The notes under the pieces were generated by a model, which was not told the DNA's origin, ran no database searches, and worked only from the letters and a program-made list of their open reading frames with translations. Both the position numbers and the translations under genes were made by a program. A DNA stretch of 63,639 bases, filler included, from Candidatus Woesearchaeota archaeon (GTDB lineage: Archaea; Nanobdellota; Nanobdellia; Woesearchaeales; CG1-02-33-12): the NCBI GenBank assembly GCA_018399355.1. It is 7 parts of 7 records of this genome, joined end to end, with 100 filler letters (N's around TTAATTAATTAA, not from the genome) between each part and the next. Parts side by side here need not be neighbours in the genome. Positions count along the whole stretch, not along the records: positions 20,753 to 30,091 come from JAGYOA010000035.1; positions 30,192 to 39,373 come from JAGYOA010000036.1; 5 more parts are not named here. The stretch is one strand, 5' to 3'. Shown piece after piece: positions 23,198 to 32,573 of this stretch (the stretch's first letter is position 1; the number at the start of each line of letters is the position of its first letter).

Positions 23198-25813
23198 TCA
23201 CTCTTTCCTATATTCCTCAACAACGCTTCTCCAGAGCATGTCATCGGCCTTCTCATCCAAAAGGGCCCTAAAAAACCTATCAGAATCGTCTATCCAGGAA
23301 AGCAACAACTCAACTCTTTTGGAAAATGTTTTAAAAGCGCTTGATGCAGGCTGTTTCATATCAAGCTCATAATCCAAACTGCCTGTATTAATGCTCCCTC
23401 TCAATCCAGCGTAACCAAGTGCAACCTTAATCTTATCCAAAGCAACACCTTCCTTAGCTGAAAAAACCCTTTTATAAGCCTCAAGCTGCTGCTTATGCTT
23501 GTAATTCTTTTTCTTATCTGTCTTCCAGTCAACTATTAAATATTCATCATTATTCTTAAAAACAGCATCAATATAAGACTGAAACCTTAAAGAACAATCA
23601 AAGCCAAGGTCTTTAAGCATGGGCTCAAACCTCATCTCAACACCAACAACCTCTGGATAATCCTTCTTAACTTCCTCAATAATCTTTTTAATATTATCAA
23701 CAAAAGGTTCAGCATCCTTGCTTATGGAATAATCCTCATTTAACAATATCTTTTTTGCAGCATCATGAACCTTAGTTCCAAGGTTAGTTGCATAGCTGAC
23801 ATCCCTTATCCTTAAAATACGCCTAACCAAATAATCATATGCATTTGAAGGAAGAGCGCTGAAGGATATATGCTCAATACCCTTAAAATAATCTTCAACA
23901 AAACCCTTTATCCAGTTGCTCTTAGAATCAAGTAATTCCCTTGCCTCATCAATCCTCTTATTCACAAAAAGATTAAAAGCCTTTTTCCTGCTTTCATCAA
24001 GCTCAAGGCATACATCCTCCTCAGCGTCAATAGTCTTAAGCTCAGAATAATCATTAAGATAATCATTAACCTTATCAGTAAGTATAATCAGTTTTTCTTT
24101 TGCCCTTGTGAATGCAACAAAATTTATCCTTAAGGTTTCCTCTTCAAGCTCTTCCTCAACATTTATATTTTCTGCCTTTAAAATCCCCTCAACAACACTG
24201 TCCTGGAAATTGCCGTTATTCCTTGTTTTTGAAGGAAGGTAAATAACATTCTCATACTGCATCCCCTTTGACTTATGAACTGTTGTAACAACAACATCCT
24301 TTTCAGACTCTGACTCATTTGACAAAAGGTCTGTTGACTGCAGATAAGCAACCAATGAATTAAGGCTCTTGTCCTCAAGAAACAATATTGCCTCCTGGTA
24401 AGCCCTCTGCATAGACACAGCAGCAGAAAGATACTCTTTTCCATAGCCTATAGATGCGGGAATTATCCTTTCCCTGAACAGAAAATTAACTTCCTCAACA
24501 TTTTTCACTCTTTCCCTTATTTCCCTGAATGCAGGGGCTCTCTCAAAAATCTTTTCAATATCTTTTTCAGAAGAAAGCTCAAATGCATCCTGTATAGTGC
24601 ATGGAAAAAAAGGAGTGAACATTGAATTTTTTATATCATTGATATTTTTGCTTAAAACACCCTTTAAAAAAGTTATAATATGTTTTCTTGCATCCTCTGA
24701 AGCTGAAAAAAATGTTGAGCTGAAATCAATATTGCGCGCAGAAAGCTCTCTTGAAAGCTCCATAATCTGGAAATTTGTCCTTGCAATAATAGCTGTCTTT
24801 CCCTCTAAACCTTTTGCAAGCTCGCATGCAGCAGCATTAATATTCTTTCTTCCAACATCATAAACAAAGGGCTTTTCCCCTTTCTTGCCATCTGCATTAT
24901 GCAAATCCCTTAATTCCTCCTTATGCTGCTGCTCTTTTGTTCCTGAAACAAAATAATCCCTTGCATAAAAAAGAATCTCATCAGTGCTTCTGAAGTTTTC
25001 AGAAAGCACTTTTTGTGTTGAATCACTGAATTTATTGAAATTAAGTATTGAGCCTCCCTGGAATCCGAATATAGCCTGTTTTTTATCACCTACAGCAAAA
25101 AATTCCTTTCCTGATTTAAGAGCAATATCTGCTTCCATAATATTAACATCCTGAAGCTCATCCACCAGAACATAATCAAAAACAGGATGCTCCCTTAGCT
25201 TAATAAAATTTATAAGCAAATCAGCATAATCAACGCCTCTTCTGTTTTTTATTTCCTCATAATGATGGAAAATATCAACAAAATATTCTGCAAACTTGTC
25301 TATCTCCTCTTTTGTATAGCTCTTTCCCTGCTCCAAAAACTGCTTTGTTTCAGAAATATTAATCTTATCAGGGGTTATCCCAAAGCTTTTAAGATACCTC
25401 ATAAGGTTTTCCATCTTTGGAATAATCTTATCAATAAGGTATTCATCAGAATAGTTCAGTATATCATGTTCCCTTAAATATATCAATATGGAATACCTTA
25501 ACAGATTTGTGCTGATTATCTCATTCTCTTCTATATTGTATAATGCATATGAATGGAATGTGAAAACATTAAGATTTGAAACATCAAAATCAATATTCTC
25601 CTCTTTCACAACCTTAAGTATTCTTTTTTCCATCTCTTTTTTTGCCTTTTCTGTGAAGGTTAAACATAAAATCTGCTCAGGATTAATTCCTTTTTTTAGC
25701 AGGTCTGCATATTTATATGCAAGAAGAAGTGTTTTTCCAGTGCCCGGATTTGCAGTTACTAAAACATTTCCCTGAATATCAATTATTTCCTGTTTTTCCT
25801 GGTTTATTGGCAT
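23198..25813 (-). CDS. UvrD/PcrA-like SF1 helicase fused to a C-terminal PD-(D/E)XK nuclease
   Basis: ANPGTGKT, LTFTEKA, VDELQD, VGDKKQAIFGFQG, NFRS, TVHKSKG, VAFTRAK; C-terminal E..F..IDAVF..IVDWKT..QL.AY. Confidence 0.9.
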   Translation of the reverse strand: MPINQEKQEIIDIQGNVLVTANPGTGKTLLLAYKYADLLKKGINPEQILCLTFTEKAKKEMEKRILKVVKEENIDFDVSNLNVFTFHSYALYNIEENEIISTNLLRYSILIYLREHDILNYSDEYLIDKIIPKMENLMRYLKSFGITPDKINISETKQFLEQGKSYTKEEIDKFAEYFVDIFHHYEEIKNRRGVDYADLLINFIKLREHPVFDYVLVDELQDVNIMEADIALKSGKEFFAVGDKKQAIFGFQGGSILNFNKFSDSTQKVLSENFRSTDEILFYARDYFVSGTKEQQHKEELRDLHNADGKKGEKPFVYDVGRKNINAAACELAKGLEGKTAIIARTNFQIMELSRELSARNIDFSSTFFSASEDARKHIITFLKGVLSKNINDIKNSMFTPFFPCTIQDAFELSSEKDIEKIFERAPAFREIRERVKNVEEVNFLFRERIIPASIGYGKEYLSAAVSMQRAYQEAILFLEDKSLNSLVAYLQSTDLLSNESESEKDVVVTTVHKSKGMQYENVIYLPSKTRNNGNFQDSVVEGILKAENINVEEELEEETLRINFVAFTRAKEKLIILTDKVNDYLNDYSELKTIDAEEDVCLELDESRKKAFNLFVNKRIDEARELLDSKSNWIKGFVEDYFKGIEHISFSALPSNAYDYLVRRILRIRDVSYATNLGTKVHDAAKKILLNEDYSISKDAEPFVDNIKKIIEEVKKDYPEVVGVEMRFEPMLKDLGFDCSLRFQSYIDAVFKNNDEYLIVDWKTDKKKNYKHKQQLEAYKRVFSAKEGVALDKIKVALGYAGLRGSINTGSLDYELDMKQPASSAFKTFSKRVELLLSWIDDSDRFFRALLDEKADDMLWRSVVEEYRKE

Positions 25814-25896
25814 TTGTTAAGATTAACTATTTGGATATATTATATAAAAATTTGTATTTAGCAAGTTTTTTATAATCTGAAATCAATTATATAAAA

Positions 25897-26067
25897 ATGT
25901 CAAAAAAGAACAACAAAAAACCCGAATACCTGATATTGTTTGTTATTGCCCTGGGCTTCTTAACCCTATTTTTCTTTCCTGAGCCTCAGACAAACTTTGT
26001 TTATTATGCTGCGACTGCGATTTTCTTCATCCTTATAATACTCTTTTTGGCTAAAAGAAAACAATAA
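25897..26067 (+). CDS. small two-TM membrane protein (56 aa)
   Basis: Manual ORF MSKKNNKKPEYLILFVIALGFLTLFFFPEPQTNFVYYAATAIFFILIILFLAKRKQ*, below the ORF-track cutoff. Confidence 0.55.
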   Translation: MSKKNNKKPEYLILFVIALGFLTLFFFPEPQTNFVYYAATAIFFILIILFLAKRKQ

Positions 26068-26117
26068 GCAAGCTTTTTATAGTTTCTAATTATCCTTGAC
26101 AAAAAGGGGTGGTTATC

Positions 26118-26666
26118 ATGAAAAAACCAAAAAATATTATTAAATATATTGTTGGACTTCTCACTGTAATTGTTTTAAGAATTGTTCCCCATCCGCCGAA
26201 TGTTGAGCCAATAATGTCAACAATGATGCCTTTTGCAAAAAGATGGGGAAGGTTAGCAGGATTGTTTTTTGCTGTTCTTGCAATCTTAAGCTTTGACTTA
26301 ATAACAGGAACATTAGGTGTTTGGTCAATCATGACTGCAGGAACTTACGCATTACTTGGTATTGCAGCAGGGTTTTACTTCAAGAATAAAAAAAGTGAGA
26401 TTAAGCATTATGTTGGTTTTTCAATTGTTGGAACATTGGTTTATGATGCAATAACAGGAATTGGAACAGGTGTGATTTTCTTTAATCAGTCATTCATGAT
26501 AACATTGATTGGACAGATTCCATTCACATTGTATCATCTAGGAGGAAACATTGTGTTGGCAGGAATAGTATCACCATTATTGTATAAATGGGTTTTAGAC
26601 AACCCTCAGTTGGAAACACAGCCGGTAATCAACAAGGTTAAGTCTTTGTTTGTTTCAGCAAATTGA
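26118..26666 (+). CDS. ECF-transporter S-component-like membrane protein
   Basis: RIVPHPPNVEPI N-terminal motif, about 6 TMs, QIPFTLYHLGGN; GGGGTGG SD. Confidence 0.7.
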   Translation: MKKPKNIIKYIVGLLTVIVLRIVPHPPNVEPIMSTMMPFAKRWGRLAGLFFAVLAILSFDLITGTLGVWSIMTAGTYALLGIAAGFYFKNKKSEIKHYVGFSIVGTLVYDAITGIGTGVIFFNQSFMITLIGQIPFTLYHLGGNIVLAGIVSPLLYKWVLDNPQLETQPVINKVKSLFVSAN

Positions 26667-26678
26667 TCTTTTATTAAA

Positions 26679-27125
26679 TTATTTTTTTGAAGATTTATAG
26701 AAAGATTCCAGTTTTTTTAAGTCTGGATGATTAAAAATTCCTTGTTCTATTGCCCACATCATAGTTTCTATCCTTGAAGACAAATCATCTCTTTTGTGCT
26801 TTACAGCTGAGTCATAAAGGCTCTGAAAAGCAATGCATGGAATCTCTCCGTATGTCCTTAAAAGGGATTTTTCTTTTTCATTGAATATCTCTTTGGCTTC
26901 TTTGCCCATCATCCTTAAAACATCGTTCCAGAATACCTTAAGTTCAGGATTAACCTTCTCACTTAAATCAATAATGCCTTTTCTTTCATACAGCTTAAAA
27001 ATATTTTTTACACCAGAATTCAATACTTTATCAATCATCTTCTCTGACTCTTTTGAATTAACGATATAATCAGAGATATAATCTATCTTATTAGCAATTG
27101 AATCATATGTTTCTCTATCAACCAT
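26679..27125 (-). CDS. hypothetical protein
   Basis: Helical soluble ORF; ATG 27125 is the likely start. Confidence 0.55.
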   Translation of the reverse strand: MVDRETYDSIANKIDYISDYIVNSKESEKMIDKVLNSGVKNIFKLYERKGIIDLSEKVNPELKVFWNDVLRMMGKEAKEIFNEKEKSLLRTYGEIPCIAFQSLYDSAVKHKRDDLSSRIETMMWAIEQGIFNHPDLKKLESFYKSSKK

Positions 27126-27227
27126 AAAAATGAATGTAAATCTAAACTTTAAAAATCTTTTGCTTGTAACCACTTTTTAATAGTTTAAAACGAAAAATAT
27201 AAATATTTAGAACACCCTATAATATGA

Positions 27228-27788
27228 ATGTCCAATATCCTCATAGTCCACGGGGCTTATGGGGGGCCTGAAAAGCATTGGATTCCATGGATAAGGGAAA
27301 AGCTCGAAAATTACGGTTACAACATCATTGTTCCAAAATTTCCAGACCCACAAAACCATGATCTCAACAGTTGGCTGATGGTCTTTAATGACTATCGAAA
27401 TTATCTAGATGAAAACTCGCTAATAATAGGGCACGACATAGGAAGCAATTTTATCCTCCATATTCTTGAAGATTTTAACAAAAAAATCAGGGCTGTATTC
27501 TTGGTTTCATGTTTTAAAGGAAGGCCAAACCATGAGAAATTCAAAAATATAAATCCTGAATTTACTGATAAAGAGTTTGAATGGAAGAAAATAAAAAACA
27601 GCTGTCACAGGATTTATCTTTATCACGGAGATGATAATCCATATATCCCAAAGAAAGATGCAGTAAGACTTGCGGAAAATTTAGAAGGAAATTTAAATGT
27701 GATAAGAAACGGCCGCCATTTAGACCAAAGCTCAGGCTATGTTGTATTTGATCTTTTATTAGAAGAAATAAAAAATGAATTATATTAA
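27228..27788 (+). CDS. RBBP9/YdeN-family alpha/beta hydrolase with altered catalytic residues
   Basis: IVHGAYG....HWIPW, GHDIG (for GHSLG), HGDDNPY and GRHL. Confidence 0.8.
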   Translation: MSNILIVHGAYGGPEKHWIPWIREKLENYGYNIIVPKFPDPQNHDLNSWLMVFNDYRNYLDENSLIIGHDIGSNFILHILEDFNKKIRAVFLVSCFKGRPNHEKFKNINPEFTDKEFEWKKIKNSCHRIYLYHGDDNPYIPKKDAVRLAENLEGNLNVIRNGRHLDQSSGYVVFDLLLEEIKNELY

Positions 27789-28900
27789 AGCATTTTTCTT
27801 ACTATCTCTGCTGTGTTTTTTGCATTGAAAGCGTCAAAGAATTTTAGAGCCTCATTGTATGCTTTTTCCTCTATTATCTTCTCTGTTTCAGGACTCACTG
27901 CATCTATCTTTTCAAGGAAGTGGATTATAGCTCTTTTGCTTTCTTTTCCAAAAATCTCATTCTCACTTTTGCCTGGCTTTGAATGATTTTCTATTGTCCA
28001 GTCCCATATTTCTTTGTAAAGCTCTGGCTCTTCTTTCTTGAAAATATCCCAGACAAGATTCATCCAGTGCGTTGCAACATTGCCCTTCCTTATATAGTCT
28101 CTTGGAAATTTGTCTTTTATTATGCTAAGGGGTGTTCCTGTTATGCCATGCTGTGCTATATTGACATCAAAACCTGCATCTCTTAATGCCTTTCCCACTG
28201 CTATTGTCTGCGGAATATCAATGGAAACCTGCTCAATTAAATTTCCCTCTTTGTCATAAGTGTTGCCGTGAGCAGATCCGTTTGCAATTGCAATGACATT
28301 CGGATCTATTCCCTTATCTTTTAGAACTTTAATAAACGTAACTGCTTCTTCAGGCGTTGTAAGAATTCTTCCTGAATCATTCTCCCTTCCTATTTCCCCT
28401 ACTTCAACCTCTAAACCAAAAGGTTCTTTCGTGTTTTCCTCTATGAACTTTGCAAGCTCAACAGTTGCCTTTATATTGTCTGAAAGCTCATCCTCAACTG
28501 TCTCGCCATTAAAATTAAAAAGGTGGGATGCATCTATTGCAAATGATGTAAAGCCTGCATCAATCTGCGCTTTAATCAGCTCTTTTGTTTGCTCTATATC
28601 CTCTGGAGTTCCTTTTTTTACTCCTATATGATCTGCGTGTAAAGCCCAGATATCATAATCAACTTCATCTGCTGCATTGCTGATTCTTTTTGCATATTCA
28701 GCAGGAGTCATTCCAGTATAGCCCCCCTTTGTGTCTGACTCTGACCTTGCTATTTCAAATATCAAAGCTGAATCTGTGTCTTTTGCTGCCCTTAATATTC
28801 CTCTTGCAACTCCTTTTGTAATTCTTACATTGCATGCCATTATTATTGTTTTTTCGTCTTTAAGGGATTTGAAAAGAACATCCCCTGAAATTGGTTTCAT
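27785..28900 (-). CDS. fba: class II fructose-bisphosphate aldolase
   Basis: LHADH, FAIDAS, EVEVGEIG, IANGSAHG, AQHGITG and KGNVAT. Confidence 0.88.
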   Translation of the reverse strand: MKPISGDVLFKSLKDEKTIIMACNVRITKGVARGILRAAKDTDSALIFEIARSESDTKGGYTGMTPAEYAKRISNAADEVDYDIWALHADHIGVKKGTPEDIEQTKELIKAQIDAGFTSFAIDASHLFNFNGETVEDELSDNIKATVELAKFIEENTKEPFGLEVEVGEIGRENDSGRILTTPEEAVTFIKVLKDKGIDPNVIAIANGSAHGNTYDKEGNLIEQVSIDIPQTIAVGKALRDAGFDVNIAQHGITGTPLSIIKDKFPRDYIRKGNVATHWMNLVWDIFKKEEPELYKEIWDWTIENHSKPGKSENEIFGKESKRAIIHFLEKIDAVSPETEKIIEEKAYNEALKFFDAFNAKNTAEIVRKML

Positions 28901-28912
28901 TTTTTCACCTCA

Positions 28913-29869
28913 TTAATATTTTGGCTCATCCTCGAAAACATGATGCGCTTCTATAAATCTTATTGTTCCGCTTTTCTGTCTCATCACAATTGAATGTGTT
29001 GTTGCTCCTGCTGGTGTAAAATCAACTCCTTTTAAAAAAGTTCCTGTACTTACGCCTGTTGCAACAAACATTGAACGATCAGTATTTACAAGGTCTTTTT
29101 CTGTCATCTTTTTGTCAAGATGTTTTATTCCCATGCTTCTTGCCCTTTCCCTTTGTTTTTCATCCTTAAATTGCAGTCTTGTCTGCATTTCTCCTCCAAG
29201 GCATCTTATTGCTGCTGCTGAAATAACACCTTCGGGAGCTGCTCCAATTCCCATAAGAACATCTATATCTGAGGTTTTAAGGCATGTTGATATAGCCCCT
29301 GAGATATCTCCGTCAGTTATTAACCTTATTCTTGCTCCTGCTTTTCTTATTTCATCAATTAGTTTAGTGTGCCTCTCGCGGTCAAGAACAACAACCATTA
29401 AATCCTTCACCTTCATGTTTTTTGCATCTGCAACTGCCTTAAGGTTGTCTTCAACAGATGCATCCAAATCAATTACTCCTCTTGCCTCAGGACCAACTGC
29501 TATTTTGTCCATATAAATATCCGGAGCGTGAAGTATTGTTCCTTTTGGGGCTGCTGCAAGGACGGATATTGCATTAGGTCTTCCGTATGCAACGCTGTTT
29601 GTGCATTCCAAAGGGTCAACTGCAATATCAATTTCCATGCCGTTGCCGTTGCCTATCTTCTCGCCTATGTATAACATTGGGGCTTCATCTCTCTCGCCCT
29701 CTCCTATCACAACTGTTCCGCTTATCTTGACATCATTAAAGACTTTTCTCATCATCTCTGTTGCAGCATGGTCTGCTGCATGCTTGTCTCCCCGACCCAT
29801 CCATCTTGCAGAAGAAATAGCTGCTGCTTCTGTAACACGCACAAATTCAAGTGCCAGGTTTCTGTCCAT
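28913..29869 (-). CDS. glpX: class II fructose-1,6-bisphosphatase
   Basis: VRVTEAAA, VVIGEGERDEAPMLYIGE, DPLECT, YMDKI and APEGVISAAA. Confidence 0.95.
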   Translation of the reverse strand: MDRNLALEFVRVTEAAAISSARWMGRGDKHAADHAATEMMRKVFNDVKISGTVVIGEGERDEAPMLYIGEKIGNGNGMEIDIAVDPLECTNSVAYGRPNAISVLAAAPKGTILHAPDIYMDKIAVGPEARGVIDLDASVEDNLKAVADAKNMKVKDLMVVVLDRERHTKLIDEIRKAGARIRLITDGDISGAISTCLKTSDIDVLMGIGAAPEGVISAAAIRCLGGEMQTRLQFKDEKQRERARSMGIKHLDKKMTEKDLVNTDRSMFVATGVSTGTFLKGVDFTPAGATTHSIVMRQKSGTIRFIEAHHVFEDEPKY

Positions 29870-29973
29870 ATTCTATCACCTTTTATAGTATGATAATATC
29901 ATACTTTTTAAATCATCATACTTTGTAATACACTTGTATTTATATTTTTCGATTTAAATTTATTTATTTTAAA

Positions 29974-30091
29974 GTGATTACAAAACAAAAAATTTATATA
30001 TTTATTACAAAAGATCCAAAATATGAAACAAAAGATTCTACACTTCTTGATCTTTATGCGGGCGTTGGGACCTTTGGGATAATAAATTCAG
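29974..30091 (+). pseudogene. TrmA/RlmD-like SAM methyltransferase fragment
   Basis: Frame reads ..KYETKDSTLLDLYAGVGTFGIINS (motif I) with no room for the usual N-terminal region; cut by linker. Confidence 0.45.
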
Positions 30092-30191
30092 NNNNNNNNN
30101 NNNNNNNNNNNNNNNNNNNNNNNNNNNNNNNNNNNTTAATTAATTAANNNNNNNNNNNNNNNNNNNNNNNNNNNNNNNNNNNNNNNNNNNN
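30092..30191. other. artificial contig linker
   Basis: N44-TTAATTAATTAA-N44. Confidence 0.98.
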
Positions 30192-30242
30192 GTTGCAAAT
30201 CCTAAATTTTCTGAATTTTTTATTAATTTTATATTTTAGATA

Positions 30243-30446
30243 TTAAAAACACTTTAGTTCTCGCACAAGAGTATATGTTTTTTTGTTGCAAAAATACGCT
30301 TTTTCTGTAATTTTCTTACAGTATTTGCAGTAATCACTTGGTTTCTCACAAAAACCATTTTTTTCATAGAGAGTAAAATCCAATGGAAGGATTTCGCATA
30401 GTTTTATTTCTATTTTATCAACTAATTTATCTAATGATTCCTGCAT
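30243..30446 (-). CDS. small Cys-rich hypothetical protein
   Basis: 67 aa, FCEKPSDYCKYC..YFCNKK. Confidence 0.5.
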   Translation of the reverse strand: MQESLDKLVDKIEIKLCEILPLDFTLYEKNGFCEKPSDYCKYCKKITEKAYFCNKKTYTLVRELKCF

Positions 30447-30549
30447 ATTTAATAAAAAGATAAGGCCATATAAATATTTTTTACAAATTGGATATATACT
30501 ATCTAAATTATCAATAAGATTTATAAACTTCTTGTGTTTTTAATAGGCC

Positions 30550-31971
30550 ATGGAAACTGATTACGGCCAGATAAATTTCAAATGCGGCATTGAGATTCAC
30601 CAGCAACTTGACACCCATAAATTGTTCTGCAAATGCCCTTCTTTGATAAGAGATGACAAACCAGATATAATAATAGAAAGAAAACTAAGGGCCAGTGCAG
30701 GAGAAAGTGGAGATATAGATAAGGCCGCTTTACACGAATCAAAAAGGGCCAAGCAATTTATTTATGAAGCTTATTCTGACACGACATGCTTGGTTGAACT
30801 AGATGAAGAGCCTCCGCATGATGTAAATAAAGAGGCTTTAGACATCTGCTTACAGGTAGCTTTAATGCTTAATGCAAAACCAGTTGATAAAATATGCTTT
30901 ATGAGAAAAACAGTTATAGACGGTTCAAATACCTCAGGATTCCAAAGGACTGCATTGATTGCAACAGACGGCTTTGTTGAAACATCAAAAGGGAAAGTAA
31001 AAATTGATACTATCTGCCTTGAAGAGGAAGCTGCAAAAATTGTTAAAAGGACTGAAAAAGAGGATACTTATAATCTTTCAAGACTGGGAATTCCCTTAAT
31101 TGAGATTGCAACTGCTCCTGATATAAAAGATCCAGCTCATTGCAAGGAAACTGCAGAAAAAATTGGGATGACATTAAGGTCAACAGGCAAAGTTAAAAGA
31201 GGATTAGGAACAATAAGGCAGGATGTTAATCTTTCAGTAAAAAATAAGGCCAGGGTTGAAATAAAAGGATTCCAAGATTTAAGAAATATGCCGAAGATTA
31301 TTGAGAATGAAACAAAAAGGCGGCTTAAAATAATTGAAAAAGGAGAAGAGCCAGAAAAGGAAGTAAGAAAGGCAAACAAAGATTTAACCACCGGCTTTAT
31401 GAGGCCCATGCCCGGAGCAGCAAGAATGTATCCTGAGACAGATGTCAAGACAATAAAGCCGGATGTAAGCAAAATAAAAATTCCAGAATTGATAACAGAT
31501 AAGTCAAAAAATCTTGAAAAAGATTTCAACTTAAACAAAGATCTGGCAGACTTAATAATTAAATCAAATAAAACAGAAATTTTCACAAAACTTGCAAAGA
31601 AATACAAAAATATAAAGCCGTTGTTTATTGCAGACACATTAATAAACTCAGAAAAGGAAATAAAAAAGAGGTATAAAAAAGAAATAGATGCAACAAAGCA
31701 TATAGAGGAAATTCTTGATTACCTTGAAAAAGCAAAAATTACAAAGAGCGCTGTTTTTGAGATTCTTGTTGAGATAGCAAACAAAAAAAAGCCGGATTAC
31801 TCAAAATACTTTCTAATGGATGAAAAGGAAATAAAAAAAGTTCTAAAGGAAATAGTTGAAAAAAATAAAAGTGCTCCATTTAATGCCTTGATGGGAGAGG
31901 CAATGGCCAAGCTAAGAGGAAAGGCAGACGGTAAAAAGATTGTTGAGTTGTTAAAAAAAGAAGTTAGCTAA
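30550..31971 (+). CDS. gatE: Glu-tRNA(Gln) amidotransferase subunit E (short form)
   Basis: GIEIHQQL..KLFC, CLVELDEEPP, MRKTVIDGSNTSGFQRT, RGLGTIRQDVN and PGAARMYPETD. Confidence 0.95.
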   Translation: METDYGQINFKCGIEIHQQLDTHKLFCKCPSLIRDDKPDIIIERKLRASAGESGDIDKAALHESKRAKQFIYEAYSDTTCLVELDEEPPHDVNKEALDICLQVALMLNAKPVDKICFMRKTVIDGSNTSGFQRTALIATDGFVETSKGKVKIDTICLEEEAAKIVKRTEKEDTYNLSRLGIPLIEIATAPDIKDPAHCKETAEKIGMTLRSTGKVKRGLGTIRQDVNLSVKNKARVEIKGFQDLRNMPKIIENETKRRLKIIEKGEEPEKEVRKANKDLTTGFMRPMPGAARMYPETDVKTIKPDVSKIKIPELITDKSKNLEKDFNLNKDLADLIIKSNKTEIFTKLAKKYKNIKPLFIADTLINSEKEIKKRYKKEIDATKHIEEILDYLEKAKITKSAVFEILVEIANKKKPDYSKYFLMDEKEIKKVLKEIVEKNKSAPFNALMGEAMAKLRGKADGKKIVELLKKEVS

Positions 31972-32422
31972 TTGGAAGCTTTATCATGTGCTCTTTTACT
32001 GTTGACAATAAAAGCTTTGTTTCGATTCTTTCCACAAAATCATAGGCCTGGATTTTTTTCAGAAATCTGTCTAAATCGCTTCTTTTCTTGAACTTTGCAA
32101 TGACTGTTGCGTCAAACTGGCCTGTGTTGTCATAAACAGCAAAAACATTCGGATGAATGGCAATCTTTTTCTCTGCATCTTTCAGTTTGCCCTCGGAAAT
32201 CCTTACATCAATTATTACCTGCATGTCATAGCCTATCTTTGAGTACTTAACTCCTATTGTGTATTTGGTTATTATTCCTTCTTTCTCTAATCTCTTTATC
32301 CTGTTCATCACTGTTGCAACAGATACTCCTGCTTTCTTGGCTATCTTCCTGTAAGACAGTTTAGCATCATCAATAAGCAAATTAAGAATTTTCTTGTCTT
32401 TATTGTCGATATCAACATCCAT
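31964..32422 (-). CDS. Lrp/AsnC-family transcriptional regulator
   Basis: D..DKKIL..L..DAKLSYRKIA..GVS..TV..RIKRLE..GII HTH plus RAM domain (TGQFD). Confidence 0.92.
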   Translation of the reverse strand: MDVDIDNKDKKILNLLIDDAKLSYRKIAKKAGVSVATVMNRIKRLEKEGIITKYTIGVKYSKIGYDMQVIIDVRISEGKLKDAEKKIAIHPNVFAVYDNTGQFDATVIAKFKKRSDLDRFLKKIQAYDFVERIETKLLLSTVKEHMIKLPIS

Positions 32423-32573
32423 TTTCAGTTAAACAAACATTTAATTCAGCTATTATTTTATTGTTAAATTTAAACTTTTATTTAAATTTTTTGTTTTTAT
32501 TATTATTTTGTTTAATAAATTCTACAAAAATTATAAATTTGTAAATATTTAATCCTTAAAATGAGGTGTTTAT

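Noticed and set aside
19352..25813. One continuous defence island spanning the TA array and the Schlafen/TA/UvrD patch
   Set aside because: A linker at 20653-20752 separates them and contigs are ordered by length, so the adjacency is unsupported.
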